Of a stretch of DNA of 64,000 nucleotides, positions 38,239 through 63,946 are shown piece after piece (the stretch's first letter is position 1; each line of letters begins with the position of its first letter). The position numbers and the translations under genes are program-made. This DNA is from Bugula neritina (lineage: Eukaryota; Animalia; Bryozoa): NCBI GenBank assembly GCA_964035545.1, contig OZ037766.1, positions 17,199,081 through 17,263,080 of the forward strand. Direction: 5' to 3'. Below the pieces are notes generated by a model, which saw nothing but the letters and a program-made list of their open reading frames with translations, had not been told where the DNA came from and searched no databases.

Positions 38239-41009
38239 TTTATCTGTAAAATAAACTCTTATTACTGAAGACCTTTGTCCACTTTGAACTTTTTGCAAAA
38301 TTACAAAATTTGGGACTTGGGATTTACTGAATTTAACTGACCAATAAAAATATAATCCGGCAGGCAGAAAGAAGACCAAACTATCCCAAAGGGATTACTA
38401 AAAGACAACTTTAAATTATGCACTAACATTTCTTATATTGCAAAACTATCTTCTTATGCATTTATTTTGATGCTAGGCCTTTACTCACTTTTAGGGTGAA
38501 AATATTGGAGGTAAAATTAAAATGACAAGAAATGTGCTGAATACAACATTTAAACTTTAATTACACTTGGTCCATAGTTGTTAGCAACAATTCTTGATAA
38601 TAAAGGTGTGCTAAAATGACAACTACCTGTTTTCCACCTATACAAATGAGAACAGAGTTTGACAACTACCTATAAATGTTAGATATAGTTAATACAGCTA
38701 TTAATAGTTATCAATTTAAATAGTTGACAGAGCTGTAAAGACTGTGACAACTGGTAACCTGTAGTAATACTAATGCATATAGTATGAATATGAGTCATTT
38801 TACTTATTTTAGTAGCACTCCATATCTTAAGTTTTTGGCAATTATTCATAATCTATATTTGAAAAGTTCGAAACTAGTCAAAAACATTCTGTTATGTTAC
38901 AAATTACTACAGCTGCAGTATTCAGTAATTCTTTCTAACCTAATATAAGCACTAAACCTTTTTGGACCTGAGCAGACTTACTACAATAAAGTTTGAAGAA
39001 GATGCAGCAGAACCCGCTTTAGAAATAAAAATTTAAGTATTTTATTAAAGTAAATTAAATAGTGTGGCTACTCTACCTGTTAAAGCTACCTGAGCTTTAA
39101 CAATCAAAATTACACCGACTCACAAAGTGACCTATTCCAATGACACTTATGAGCTCTATGGTGACAAAAAATAACAGTAATGTGCTTTATAGTTTGGAAA
39201 ACTTGAATACAAATTATGTAATTCAACTAGCATTTGCTGCTGTTTGAATTATTTCAATGAATCCACATACTGTTCTTGGTACCAGTTTGACTATTGACTC
39301 TAGGCAATTATCAAGTTTTCTAGACAGTTCTTGAAACTAATTTAAGCATTTTGTTACAGTGGCAGAGTTTGAGACTAGTATTAAGTCTAGGCCCTAGGGT
39401 GATAGAAACTAGTCAACAACATCTGTTAGGTTACAAATTACTACAGCTATGTCCAGTAGTACTTTCTAACTTGAACACTGAACTTTTTTTAATCCTTCTT
39501 TACTTTTGAAAGTAAAAGTTAAGTATTTCCAATTGCTATCTGATGACATATGACATAATATCACCAAGGGGGATTAATCACTTACTATTCTCAGCTGTTA
39601 AAACTACTTTTACAAACTGAAACCAGATAAACATAGCTCACTTCCACACAAATAATATGTAACTAATGATTATAGAGAAATGGATGACAACTTAGCTAGT
39701 GAGATAGTAGATAAATAAAATGCTTAAAAAGAAATATAATACACTCCCACTGAGCCAAAGTTGCTACTACAAGCAACAGCGGAAAATCACAAATAGGCTT
39801 ACATCACTACTTTGTAAAATCATATTACCTCTCATTTTTAGGACAGCTTATGAGAAAAACTCCCAAGAGCTATCTAAATAGATCTAGTCATTTAAAAATT
39901 TAAGCACTGCCTATCAAATTGAATGGCAGATAAGAAACATATGCATCAACACAAGGCAGGTTTTTCAAACAGTGTGGCTTGTGCATTTGGGGAAAAAATA
40001 TAATATACAAACCATACTTATAAACCCTTGAAGCTAATAAGAAAAATATGCCCAATGTATCCATTCAAAAACACCTACTTGTCGATGTTACCCAGCTTTT
40101 TAGATTTATTCATATTTCAAGCGTTTCATTGTTTTATAATTGTCCTTAACAAAAGTGCAAGCTGCATTTAGTCTTCTAATCTCTCATAATAAATAATATT
40201 AATCTAATGGACATCATGTATTTTATAAATATTTTTATTCAAGCAGTTTAACTGGTTAATGGCGGTTTTATTCCTTACATATTCTTAGCTGGCAAGTCAA
40301 CTGAAATCTAAATTGATTAAAGTTAAGCTACATGATTGGATGACTTGGACATGATACAAACTTCTTTGTCTGAACCATGACTAGAATCTCTGTGACTACT
40401 ACTTTACTACTAACATTAATGACAATACTAATAGTAATTTATTATTAGTAATTGCAACATAAGGAATCACATGAGTATTGTAGTTGTGCTGACCTTTAAG
40501 TTAATAAATATACAACCGTCTTAAATTTTATAAAGATCATTATTATGATTATTTATTATTCAATGTTTTAAACATTCAATACATTTATAGGTAGCACTAC
40601 CAATTCCAAGTACGCCATTTATATAATTGACATTGAACTTGGTCTTAGTAAATTTTTCATTTGACTCCCCAACTTTCTTAAAGCTGGGTTAAAGTAAGAA
40701 CATAGAAGCAGCTGTGTGACAACTCAATTAGTAACACTATTCCTCCATCCTATTTACTATTAGACTTACTACTAATATTAAGCTGAATAAATCAAGACTA
40801 ACAATTTCCATTAGATTTTAGTCAAGGAAATTAGGTACTCACCTGAACATTCAATGTGCCCTGAACCTAGCTCTATAACTCATCATCGTACGGCCACATA
40901 ATTCTAAAGACAATACCAGCATCAATATGATCATAATAATATTAGGTAACTTTTAAGTACATTTGTCTTTAAAATTATTAATTTTTAGAAGTTGATTTGG
41001 CAAAATTTA

Positions 41010-41235
41010 GAAGAGGGGTGGGCAACTTCTTTCACTGGTGGCCAAGTTCAGAAGTCGGCCAAAACAAAGGGCCACATGATTGTATACATAATGTTTTTGT
41101 AATAAATTAATTTGTCATCAAACCTATACTGTGCTAATCAGAATGCATATAGCAGTTTTTACTTATCTTAAGCAGTAGCCGGGCCACTAAAATATAGGCA
41201 AAGGCCACAGGTGGCCCATAAACAAGTCCTAGATG
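41010..41235. mobile_element. Degenerate hAT (Charlie-like) MITE
   Basis: Starts aggggtgggcaac and has internal gggccac repeats typical of hAT MITEs; right TIR degraded. Confidence 0.45.
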
Positions 41236-42735
41236 AAGACAAAGACAAAAATTATTATAATCACATCAATGTCATTATGACTATATCTAGTAAATTAAAA
41301 TTAACTAAATTTAATATTAATATTAGACAGTTATCATTTAATTTATTGATAATTTTAATTAAATTGACTCAACTACAATAATTATAAATATAATATTCAT
41401 ACTGTTACAGTTGGTCTCAGATTGGGATTGATTTTTATTTTATTTGCACTACATAGACTTAGAGTACCATGCTGCCACTACTAGTACTACTACTACTACT
41501 ACTAGTACCCGTACGTGCGCACACATTTACAATTGTCAATGGAACTTTCACATTTACATAATCATAATGACGGTAATAATTCATTATTATTATCTGCAGA
41601 GTGCTGTTCACGGTTCACCATGTCAATGTTCATGTTTGAAATTGCCATTATGATTATTATTATCATAAAGTGATTATCATTACGATTATCATTAACAATT
41701 CAGTGATTCACGTTGTGATTATCATTTATCCTTTGATTTTATGTATTTGCAAATTCATCATTATGATTATTATTATGTAGTGGCAGTTTTTTAATTGTCA
41801 AATAATGAGTAATCATTATCATAATATTAATAATAATATTAATAATGACAATATTATTATTATTATTATTAATGATAGTCAAAATAAACATTTTCCTAGC
41901 CCATTGGCATTGGCAAATTAGGCTTAACTATTAGATGCAATTAAATTTACTGCACCTACCTCGTTGGCTTCTGCTGCTATGCCTATTGTAATTTGTTATC
42001 TGTAGTCTCTAGGAAAATATAAGCCGCCGAGTTAAAATAAAGATGTTTGTTCGGTGGTGTTCTACAGTCTTTCCCGGGGTTGATTACTCACGCCCACACC
42101 TTAACGCATCCAATTGATTCTAGCAGAGACAATAGTTTTATTTACATTGAACTCACCGTGCTGAAAAGATTGCGTTCATTGCTTGAACTCTACCCGGGTG
42201 CATTTCTCATCTACGCACTATGCACGCGCTTTCGGGCACGTACTGATGCGGTATAAATAATATAGCCTACCTACGCCATCGCATATACGATCGGTATCCA
42301 GAGTAGCGACTTTAAGGCATGGAAAATCTTATGCACTGCGTTCTATGCCGCAAGTTTATATAAGTTATTAAGAGAAAAGTTTGCCTTTTTTTATTTTATT
42401 ATTTTTTATTTCATGTGTGCATTTTTTTAATTTTGTTTATTGGTATAGTTTTAAACACAGTTTTTATGCATATAAAATTAAAAACAATTTTAAAACTCAC
42501 TCATGCGCGTAAATACAAAGCTATAAAGTTTAAGTTTTGCTGTGATCACAATGTGAATATGAAAAGAATAATGCTAGCTTGCAATAACCATTTACACAAA
42601 ATACAGTACAATTGCTGTAAATGTAGGACTAGTGAATTGGATACAAATAGGCAAAGTAATACTACTTAATTTATGCTATCTTTAAATTGTTTAGCAAATA
42701 ATTGACATGTAAATTATATCTGCTGTCCACAGATT

Positions 42736-42908
<173 letters not shown>

Positions 42909-43239
42909 TTCAACTGTAATTATAATTGTAATTGTAATTGACAAATTCTCATGTAATTGTAATTGTAATTAATTACATTCATATGTAATTGACCCCAACC
43001 CTGTTACCCTCACTGCTATATCTACATGTGTTACTGCAAATGGAAGTTAAGAAGCTTCTTAAAAGCAAAATCCAACAAGAACTTTTATGAGCTACGTACT
43101 GCATACCTTGTAGATAAATTTGCTGCCATAAATAATTTAAACCTGAAGATGTATAAGTACTGTTTTCATAGCTGAGACTTTCAAAGCTAAAGTGAATAGT
43201 ATTTCCTTGAGCTACCATGAGAAAAGGAGATGCTTTTTA

Positions 43240-43790
43240 ACTTGATACGTATACTATTGGTTATCAATACTTCAAGGAAAGATGGTTTCAAGTCTATACC
43301 AATTGACAAATTCTGGCTAATTCAACAAGCAACTTATACCCATGAGCATAGCTGACAAAGCACTAAAAATGTTGCATGGTGCTGTTCAGCAACACCCATC
43401 TATGTGAGGTGGGATTTTCCTTAATGCTTATAGCTATAAAATGAGAAAAGTTATGCCTTGACCTGCAGAGTGATCTGAGATGTATTCTGTCAAATGTCAA
43501 AAACAAACTAAACCAGGCTTAAGCAAGCTGCCACAACAGCATCAACTATAGCTATCGCATTAATAAGCGAATGGCTTTGTCTTTTATATATTTATAATAT
43601 AATTAGTACACCCATTATAATTATTATGATCATACCTAATAGAACAAAATTTATTATAGACTTGTATCATCTATTATGTCAGTCTTTTTAAAGAACCTAT
43701 ATGTAGATTGAATTTTCGAAATTGGCAAGTTGTTAGTAGACGTTGATGGAAGGGGAAATGGATATGGAAAAAGTTGAAAACTATTACTTC
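43240..43790 (+). mobile_element. hAT (Charlie/ZBED-like) transposase C-terminal dimerisation-domain remnant and 3' end
   Basis: KFWLIQQATYP..HLCEVGFS..LQSDLRCILSNV..LSH*, with frameshifts, followed by an aaaaagttgaaaactatt end resembling hAT termini. Confidence 0.65.
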
Positions 43791-44674
43791 AGCAAAATTG
43801 TCCAACTTACAGTTATCCACTCTGCACATCAGGGGGAATAACTGCTTTTAACTAAGTATGGAATTGCCATATATATAACATTTCTCACAAATTGTTCAAT
43901 TATTACATTCCCACATTTATACGTACTTGGGCCCATGATGAAACAAGTACAAAATATCTTTTCCATTTTAGTTATGCATGTAATACTCATGCCATGAAAT
44001 TAAATTATTAACTTTGTATCAAGTAATAGGCTCAAATTGCTATGTACCCCAGGAATTAAATTGCTTTATGTAGCAGAGCTTATAGGATAAAAAAAGAAAG
44101 ATAGATTATTTAAATTTCACCAGTTGAAGATATTTTTATGAAACAATATTTTAAATTATACTGGTAACTAGGTTGCCTAACTTTTAAACTAGCCATTTTC
44201 ATATATTTTTCTAAACATTAATCTTATATACTATAAGCCTTATATATACTCGGACATATTCTATATATTGTTGTATGTAAGCCAAACTATTTGTTTTATA
44301 TGCACATGTATATACCTCAATCTGTGTGCAGCAGCTTATTGCCACCTCTTCAGCACTGAAAATAGTACTTTGGCCCAAATCTATAAGTTTATGGTGCGCA
44401 ATTATGCTTTTACTAAAGCATAATTAAATATATTTATGACATATGCATTTTAATAACTTAATACTGATCAATTTAATGACTGTAATTTGGCCATTTAAAG
44501 CAGTTTAATGTCAAAAAGTAAACTGCGTAAAATAGAGAATAGTTACAAAATCATATGAAGAACCATATTATTATAAAGCTTCCACTGGTTTAAACTTACA
44601 TTAAGTAAGGTGCAGCTTGATCATACTTGCCTAATCTTAGTCCTTTTTTTTATAAAAACAGCTATAACATGAAT

Positions 44675-46445
<1,771 letters not shown>

Positions 46446-46524
46446 TATCTTTATGAGCTAGCAATTTGATTATAAATAGGTATACGAGAAACATTGTTGT
46501 TTTTTTACTTTATTAGGTAAAGTA

Positions 46525-46573
46525 ATTACACTGATATTTCGGGTACCACTGTACCCATCTTCAGAGTAGCAAT
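46525..46573 (-). ncRNA. Minimal type I hammerhead ribozyme, minus strand (mirror copy)
   Basis: Identical motif in the left arm of the inverted repeat; predicted cleavage after position 46533 on the minus strand. Confidence 0.78.
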
Positions 46574-46575
46574 TC

Positions 46576-46624
46576 ATTGCTACTCTGAAGATGGGTACAG
46601 TGGTACCCGAAATATCAGTGTAAT
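46576..46624 (+). ncRNA. Minimal type I hammerhead ribozyme, plus strand
   Basis: Stem I ATTGCTACT/AGTGTAAT (1 bulge); CTGAAGA at 46585; extra T; stem II GGGTAC-agtg-GTACCC; GAAA; palindromic ATAT stem III; ATC cleavage triplet (C46616); AATAAA downstream. Confidence 0.78.
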
Positions 46625-46670
46625 TACTTTACCTAATAAAGTAAAAAAACAACAATGTTTCTCGTATACA

Positions 46671-46708
<38 letters not shown>

Positions 46709-47697
46709 GCAATATCAATTAGTGTGTTAAATATAAGTTTTATGGCTGAGAAAAAAGACTACAATATTGCCTCCCAAAACCATTTTGGAATGGTAGTCCA
46801 ATTTAGTAGCTAGCTAGTTTCAATATAACCTATTATTGTCTGGTTATAAAGCGGCCAAGAAATGGAAAATTAAATTTTTTAGCATAATAAATTATAATAT
46901 GCTACTCAAGGTAAACGTACTCTGAATCAATTTGCGTTATCAGATCAACTACGAACTACCCAATAAGTAGCGTTCTTAGTTGGAATTATTAAATGAAAAA
47001 CTGCTTGACTCGGCTCTAAGCTTAAACCATAAAAGATGGTACTCATATACTTTTTTTTCAAAAATAGTTATATGAGGGCTACAATTGGCAAATTTGATGT
47101 AAATTTAATTAATCATAACTCTCTCTAAAAAATTTTAATAATAAGACTAATTGATATTTTTGCCTACAACCATCAGCTACAGTATGTTACATTGGCAAGC
47201 AATATAATAAGAGCCATCACGGTCCATACTTCATAGTTTTAGAATTTAAAGTAAAATTAGACTATATTTTTATTGCACTGTGGAATGCAGATTTATTTAT
47301 ATAGAAAGTAAGTAAATGAATCAATGAAACATTACATAAAAGAGTGCATATACACGTACATGCGTAGTAAAATAAAAGAAAACAATCTTGATTTAGCCAA
47401 AATAGTATTTCAATTATCATCAATAAAGTCAGAAATCACAGAATAAAATAATATAACTGATAGAGGAAAGTTATTTAGCGAGAGCTAATAACATAGAAAA
47501 AAATCATGATACAAAAATATCGCAATTAGAATTTGGTATGTCTTAAATATCTGCTGTACTAATATTCCTAAGTGAATAGATAATCATATACATGGCACAA
47601 TAACTTACAAACATGTGTATCAAAATAAGTCTGAAATATGAGCAACTGGTAAAATAAGACGCAAAAGATACATTAAATTAAATGCAATTAGCTAAAC

Positions 47698-56702
<9,005 letters not shown>

Positions 56703-57866
56703 TGCTTTCCTTCACACACTTCACCATACACTACTGGAGAAATCTATTAACATGCAACAATGTGAATAATATTGCAACAACACAAATAATCCATGAATAA
56801 GTAATACATGATCATGTACATTGTAAGTTTGACAAAACAAATAGAAGCTAACAAACAACTCTCTGGACTCACAGAAAGTTATAATAATCTTGAAATGTAT
56901 GCTTCACCATCTATATTACTTGAATTAATATCTACTGTAATTGCTACATTTTGCAATGAACAATGCTGACATTAATAAAATAGAAACTGAGAGTATAGGC
57001 AACTATTTTTACTAACTGTGTCTGACTTTTCCACTACAAATTTGAAATATGCCAATGAATCATTTGAGTCATTGTCTATAGAGAGCCAGTGTCTAAAAAT
57101 GGCACCAGTTGCATTAATCAACTCAAACCGTGATGACCTGAGTCAATTTTAAATAATTGATGCCAGTCAATATAATTTGTAACACTCTGTTAAATATTTA
57201 CATAAATTTAGTAAATGAACTAAAAAAGATAACTGACCAAAGAAAATAATAATTAATGAGTATAAATACAATAACAAGTGATAATACAAAATCATAAAAT
57301 AGTCAATTTAATATAATCTTGAAAGTACTAAAAAATACTCAATTTATGTTGATTTCTTTTTAAAAAATTTAGCCTTACTTACTCCACAACTAGTTTATTT
57401 ATTACTAAACCACAAAGATAAAAAATCACATTTGTTTCAGCTTGAAATTAAATATCAAACACAAATAAATGCTGATAAGCAATTTGAATGGAACTGGATC
57501 AAAATAACAGAATAACAGGGCAATCAATGTTCCAAGTTGACTTGGGCTGATTTGAATCAACATCAACATGTATGTACTTAATCAAGTCGATTATTTTAGT
57601 TATACTAATAGTAATACTTATACTTATATTTATATTATTAATATTACTAATACTATTGGTATTGTAGTAAACTTGTGGGTTATTATGAAATAGACTAAGC
57701 AGTCTGCATGTCTTATACTATGTTGATCAAATAAAAGTCTTCTTGAATACTCTTGATATAAGTGCCTTTATTCTTCTATAGATGCGTCTTGGTTGAGCTC
57801 CAGGGTCAGACTGACTTAGCACTGGAAACTCTCCCACTTATATACCAACAAAATTTCCCGCCACTT

Positions 57867-58000
57867 AGGGTGTCCGAAGCTCGGCCAAGATTCGGAGTTT
57901 CGTTTGCCGAAATCAAAAGGATCTGTCCGAAATCAGAAAAGCCCTTACAAAGTCGTGCCTCCGGGGCTCCGAACTCGACCGAACTTCGGCTCACATTGCG
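57867..58000. mobile_element. Probable end of a hAT-like DNA transposon
   Basis: GC-rich island starting tagggtgtccgaa with repeated CCGAA/TTCGG subterminal motifs; partner TIR not found. Confidence 0.4.
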
Positions 58001-61000
58001 TTATCAAAGATTATTTACAAAAGGTGGTGGGAACATCACTCCAAAAAATATAACATAAAGTAAAAAACGTATTTCGCAATTCTATTCCAGTATTACTATT
58101 AGTATACCTACAGCATATAAATATTACTATTACTATTAGTATTACTATTATTATCAGGTAAAGTATTACTATTAGCATTAGTATTAATTTAATATTAGTA
58201 CTAGATAAATTACTTTTAGTGCTATACATAATGATATTAAGAGTAATTTATCTAATACTAATAGTAATACTAATAGTAATACTAATAGTAATACTAATAC
58301 TAATAGTAATAGTAATAACAATATATCTATAGTATATTAATAGTATTACTATTAGTAGAGTAGTATTGATAGTAATACTAATACTAATACTAATACTAAT
58401 AGCAATACCAATGCAATGCCAATAGTAATAGTAATAGTAAAACTAATGGTATCTGTATAGTATTAGTAAATGTAATACTATTACTTATAATATTATTAAT
58501 ATTAAGTATAAATTTACTGTAAACAACAACATACTCATATTGATATTGATATTTTCTAATTCTAAATAATAAAATAAAATAATTATAAATAAAAATTAAT
58601 TATAATATTAATTATGTTATTGTTAAATTTTCATTTTGCACCAATACTCTTATTAAAACTATTTCTGTTATACTAATCAAAATAAACTGTAACTTAAACT
58701 ATATAAACTAGTGTTACAGCAAAAACCTGAGGTACAAGATAAAAGCCTTTCCGGTTAGCTCAAAAGATTCTCACCAAATGGTTGCATCACAATAGCAACG
58801 CCGAGGAAGGGTTTATATAATTCTAATATTTATTTACTAATCACTACCCCGGAGGCGATTGGATCAGAGTGGTAAATATACCACACTGGATTGGATGAAT
58901 TTTAAAAATGGAATAAGCCTGTGCGCACAAAAGAATTTAGACCAATTATATGTCAATAAAACACGAAAACTACTTCGGAGAGAGATGTAGTCCTCTTGAG
59001 TCTTACCGAGCAGCTACTCGTTTTTACGATTTTCATTCGTTTATTTCTCGGATTTACTAGTATACCATGTAGTTTACCTGTCTACTGCATCTAGCGATTC
59101 CTAGTCTACCACTGCCGAAGGGTTAAAGTTCAACAATAAATCGCTCGATCTTGCTATTGCTATTGTGAGGTTCTACCCATCGCTGCTACACTTGCTACCA
59201 ATGTAGAGTCTAGCCCAGCACTATTCATGTTACACTACCATTATTTCGCCATTACTACTCTACTGCTACTACACTAATACTACTTTACCATAATATTATA
59301 AATTACAATTAATTTCTGCCAATATAAGTAAAGCATTTAGGTGTGATAAATCATGCTTTGTTTAATGTACCAAAAGCCTAACTACTTATAGCTTACATAT
59401 CTCAATTTGTTGACTACAACTAGAATACGAAGCAGTAGTCTTATTAAAGAACTGGTGCAGAATAATGTCATCAGATTTATTGAAAAATTAAAAGGGAGAG
59501 ACAGCATTACGTGACAAATTAGGCCTTGAAACTCTTACTGCCAGGCCCTTCAAACTTAGGCATAATTTACTATCGAGACTTATTTCTATTGAAGAAAGTC
59601 ATGCATCCCTAACTAACTCCTATGGTGAATTGATAACTACCAAGACCCAAAATCCTACATCTTTGTGGTCCTAGGGCATCATGCAAGAAAGACCCTTCTT
59701 TTGGACTGACCACTTTTGCAAAATCAGCAACCTAATACAACAAATTTTCTCCAACGTAAATCTATTATTAATATTGATTAAATATGCTCTAGTTACTAGT
59801 ACATACTAAAGACGAAAAGGTACGATGTACCATGTCAGCATATGGCAGTGGTACTATAATTAGTATATTATACTATCAACTGAGCTGATTAAACTAGAGA
59901 AACATGTATATATATGTATGACATTTAGACATGTTAGATAAGCACTTGCATTTAGTAATTGATGTTATGATAATTGTTTGCAAGGTTCGCTCAGTTGCTT
60001 TAATTTGACTGTAATGTGATCTCCCATAACACTAAAACCTATAACCAATATATTATTGTCTTTCCATATACTCATTTTTATTTTTATGATATTTACACCA
60101 AAAAAAGTATTCTAATTTATAAACTGATTTTTTTCCTTAGATACCAATATGTACTTATATGACTTTGTATACTTTACAAATAACTGTTAGCACCAAGCAA
60201 ATTTATTTAATTTTCATAGTATTTGTGCTGTCACTATTTGACTTCTTCATAAGTGTAGGCTAAGTGGACAGCTGTGTTAGATGGTATAATATGCATCATA
60301 ACTAAATTTAATTATAGTTTTTAAAGCTTAAACTTGATATAAATTTGTTTAGTTGGTTAATATGCTAAAATTTAATCAATGTGCTAAACACATCTAATAA
60401 TTTCAATCTGAGTGAAAATACACATTATGGTAACCAGCACAGCATAGCAGATATTGTAAAAGTTTCAAAGTGAGGTTTTTGTGATTTAAACAGTTAAAAA
60501 AAGCTTGATAGAAAGAACTACTTAACAGCCAAACATGCAACACAGTACGCTATATATGCCTAACGAAAGCTGGAACTGTGTGTGTACAGCATACTGGTTC
60601 GATGAAATATAATACATTCTAAACAATATTATACACATGCATACAGAGATAAGCAATGTCCTAGTTCATCAACCCTATAAACAATAGTGATTTGTTGAAT
60701 AAGATCATTGACAGGCCATGTCAGGCAAACATGTAGCTGATCTATAATTAAAACTTGAAACACCAATCTCCTTGCTGCACAATTGTAGAAACATCAAATG
60801 CTGTAAGCAAAAACGAACATGAATTCTTCTTACAAGCATACAAAATAAGTATAAAAGCCATTTAAAAATGTTTGGTGGCTAATGATATAATGAACTAAGC
60901 ACCTCTAAAATTTAAATTATTTTTAAAATCGACTCACTTAACTTACATATAACAACCTTAAGCAAGCAGTAGGTCTCAAAAACAGCATCTGTTGCATACC

Positions 61001-62610
61001 TGGCAGGTTAATAATTCACATACAACATACAACAGAAAATAACATAAGACTAAAATTTTTCAAGGCAAAATTTTTCGTGTTGCCACAAATCCTCATTCAA
61101 TAACTGCATGCATAAAATATTTTATCAGGACAATAATGTTAGTTATACTTGATTTCATAAAAATTACAGTTATATAAAGTTATAGATCTTATTTTCAAAA
61201 TAACAGAACATGCAATCCCTACAACTAGAAACAATATTGCATTCAAATTTTAGGCCTAACCTTATAGCAGCTTAAAAAAAAGAATTTTTATATTTTATTT
61301 TAATTTTAACTTGGATTTTCAAGCTTACATTACATACTACAAATATTTTTGGTAGTTATGAAATGTCATTTCTTTAGAAAAAAATTTAGTCTGTATGCTT
61401 GGATTATCATCACAATTTTTTTATTGTTCTGCTTTTCAAAGTACCATGATTTGTTTTTTTAGTAGTCAACAGTCTTATAATAAACTTTCCATATAGGTAT
61501 ATAGTTTTAATATGTTGGTGTTACAAACATATGCCTTGCATAGTATGTACATGTTTCATAATTTGTCTAATTAATGTTAAATGTGTATTATGCTTTACAT
61601 GCAGTTGTTGGTATAATGCAATGTGCTGCTCTAATGACTAATTTACATATAGATAATAATTATACTTGTATTTTAGCAGAAACACAATAAATTGTTAGTT
61701 GTCTTCTCTTGCAATCTAACGGCTAGCCCCAAGTTATAGATTTTATTATGTTATGCTGTATAGTAGTAGTGTTTGCAATATTTTCATACATATGTAATGG
61801 GTGCAGAGCTAGCATTACTATTATTCAATCACAATACATGTTTTAAACATAACATCAGCTTCCAAATCAACAGCATAGTATCATTTTGACTTAGCATTTT
61901 TATACTACATAATATTTGCAACTGCAATCCTATGGCTTATAGATGAAAATATTCTTGAAGTTGGAAATGCTTGACTTCATAATTAACTATAAACTAGCTG
62001 AATACTATGTTCATTTTTGAAATAAATTTTCTGAGACATATGTAAATAGCAGAGAGGTAGTAACTTTATCTCACTATTTCCTGCACGGCCTGCACCCTTC
62101 ATAGCTCCTACACTTCTCCACAAACAATGGCTTATATCAAAATTAAAATAAAAGATGAAGATAAATCTATTAAAACTTCAAACTGTAGAATTACCGAGTT
62201 ATTTTTAATAGTGAAAAGACTTGAAGGCTATCTTTTAACACGTCAAAACTAGATAGAACAACAAAATTGGTAAAACAGTTTAGCAAATAAGATAAACACA
62301 ATATCAAAAATAAACATACCACTGGATAAAAAGTGAACAGACATACATACAGATCATGCATGTACAAGTAAAAATTGTCATCCATAGAACTACTGGCAAA
62401 ATAAAAATATTGATATGTTGCATTGATATGTAGCTTAAGAAAACTAAGCTGACTAAAATAACATGAAATGAAATAAAAAATTTAGTTCTATCAATGTGAA
62501 AACATCAAAATAAAAGTAAGAATATATGATTAAAAATTTAACAGTTATCAACTACACCACAAATCCCAGTTACCCAGCTTCAAGTACATTCATGGAGAGA
62601 CATTTCAAGC

Positions 62611-63946
62611 TCACTTGAGTTTCCCAGTAAGATACTTCTTGTCAATTAACATGAATGGTACTTCAAACACGAGAGAGAAGATAAAGGCTACAGAGTACGC
62701 GCATACCAGATATCCACCAAACATGTAGATCTATAACAAAAATATTTGTCATTATGCTGCTATCATGAAAATACCACCACCAAACAACAGTTACCATACT
62801 ATATGATGTGCCAAGTAACCAAATGCTGTGGAAGTTTATTCTCATGAAAAATAGTTAGATTATTTACTGAAGCCGTGTTGATGATTAATATACTGCAGGG
62901 TATTTAGAGCTATGCCCAGCTGAGTCATCATAGCTACTCTGAATATAGACACTACAATTGTAAATGATAAACACGCATAGAAATATAAAATATGTGGTGG
63001 AGGAGTGGTGGCATACAAAATTACAAGCATGAATAACTATTAAAAGTGCTATGAAAAATATATAATGACAAGTTATAAATATGTCAAATATATTGCATTT
63101 ATAATTTATAGTCAATCACTCATACAAACAACATAGTTATAAGTTATAGGGGAATTTATACTCTCTTCTCATATAAAATAGAGTGCATCATATCTGATCC
63201 GCAACCTACACTTACCAGAGTTATCTTACTCCAATAAACTTTGTTTTTCTGAGAAGATGTGATAATAGTCATAATAACAGGATGTACGAGGTAAGCGCAG
63301 TAGGTCATTCTGCTAAGGGGGACAAATCCTGGCCATGATAGTAACTCATTCACCCAGCCTATGCAGTATGAAACAGTATAAAAACAAACTTGTACCTTAA
63401 AATACTGTAGTAGTGAGTACCGTAGTAGTTAGTGCTTTTAGTAGTACTAGTAGGAGTGTTGGTAAAAATGTCAACAATAACACTGACTTCTGTAATAGTA
63501 ATTATAGGGAATTTTTAAGAAAATAAAAGCCACAATAGCAATGTTAATTTAGTTATTTTTTTACATTACAGAAGCATCGGGCTCCTCCCAGTATATCCTG
63601 GCTGGGTTTAGACAAGAAACTGTGTGAACTAAATGAATTTTGACAGAGAATCCTACATCACTAGAGATAAGAGAATATCTTTATTGCAAAATAAATTATT
63701 TCACAGAACTGACTTAGCCAAATCTGGTTCTTAAAATAAAAACATAAAATACACACCTCCAGACTCTAGACAGCAAGCCAGTATGATGTAGCCCAAGGCT
63801 ATAGACCAACCAGTCCTACCGAAACCATTGTAAATAGCTGTTTCAGCAACCGTCCCAACTCTTTTCCCAGCTACCAACTCATATGGTCCATAGAGGACAG
63901 CTAGCATAATACCAAGACTGATAACCCACATGCAGACATTACCAAC
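62611..63946 (-). CDS. NRF-6-like / O-acyltransferase-like protein, copy C (last 3 exons; the rest lies beyond the window)
   Basis: Exons 63757-63946 (190 nt), 63216-63358 (143 nt), 62611-62730. The first two have the same sizes and phases as exons 11-12 of A and [46 protein letters not shown]. Confidence 0.9.

Larger units (their letters stand above)
46480..46669. repeat. Perfect 94-bp inverted repeat (2-nt spacer) in (TA)n context
   Basis: 46480-46573 is the exact reverse complement of 46576-46669. Confidence 0.95.

Noticed and set aside
58845-59127. piggyBac-like end (..ccgaagggttaa)
   Set aside because: No matching left TIR with TTAA.
59320-59720. Possible LINE RT relic (KAF..INHAL)
   Set aside because: Single weak motif; too decayed to support a call.
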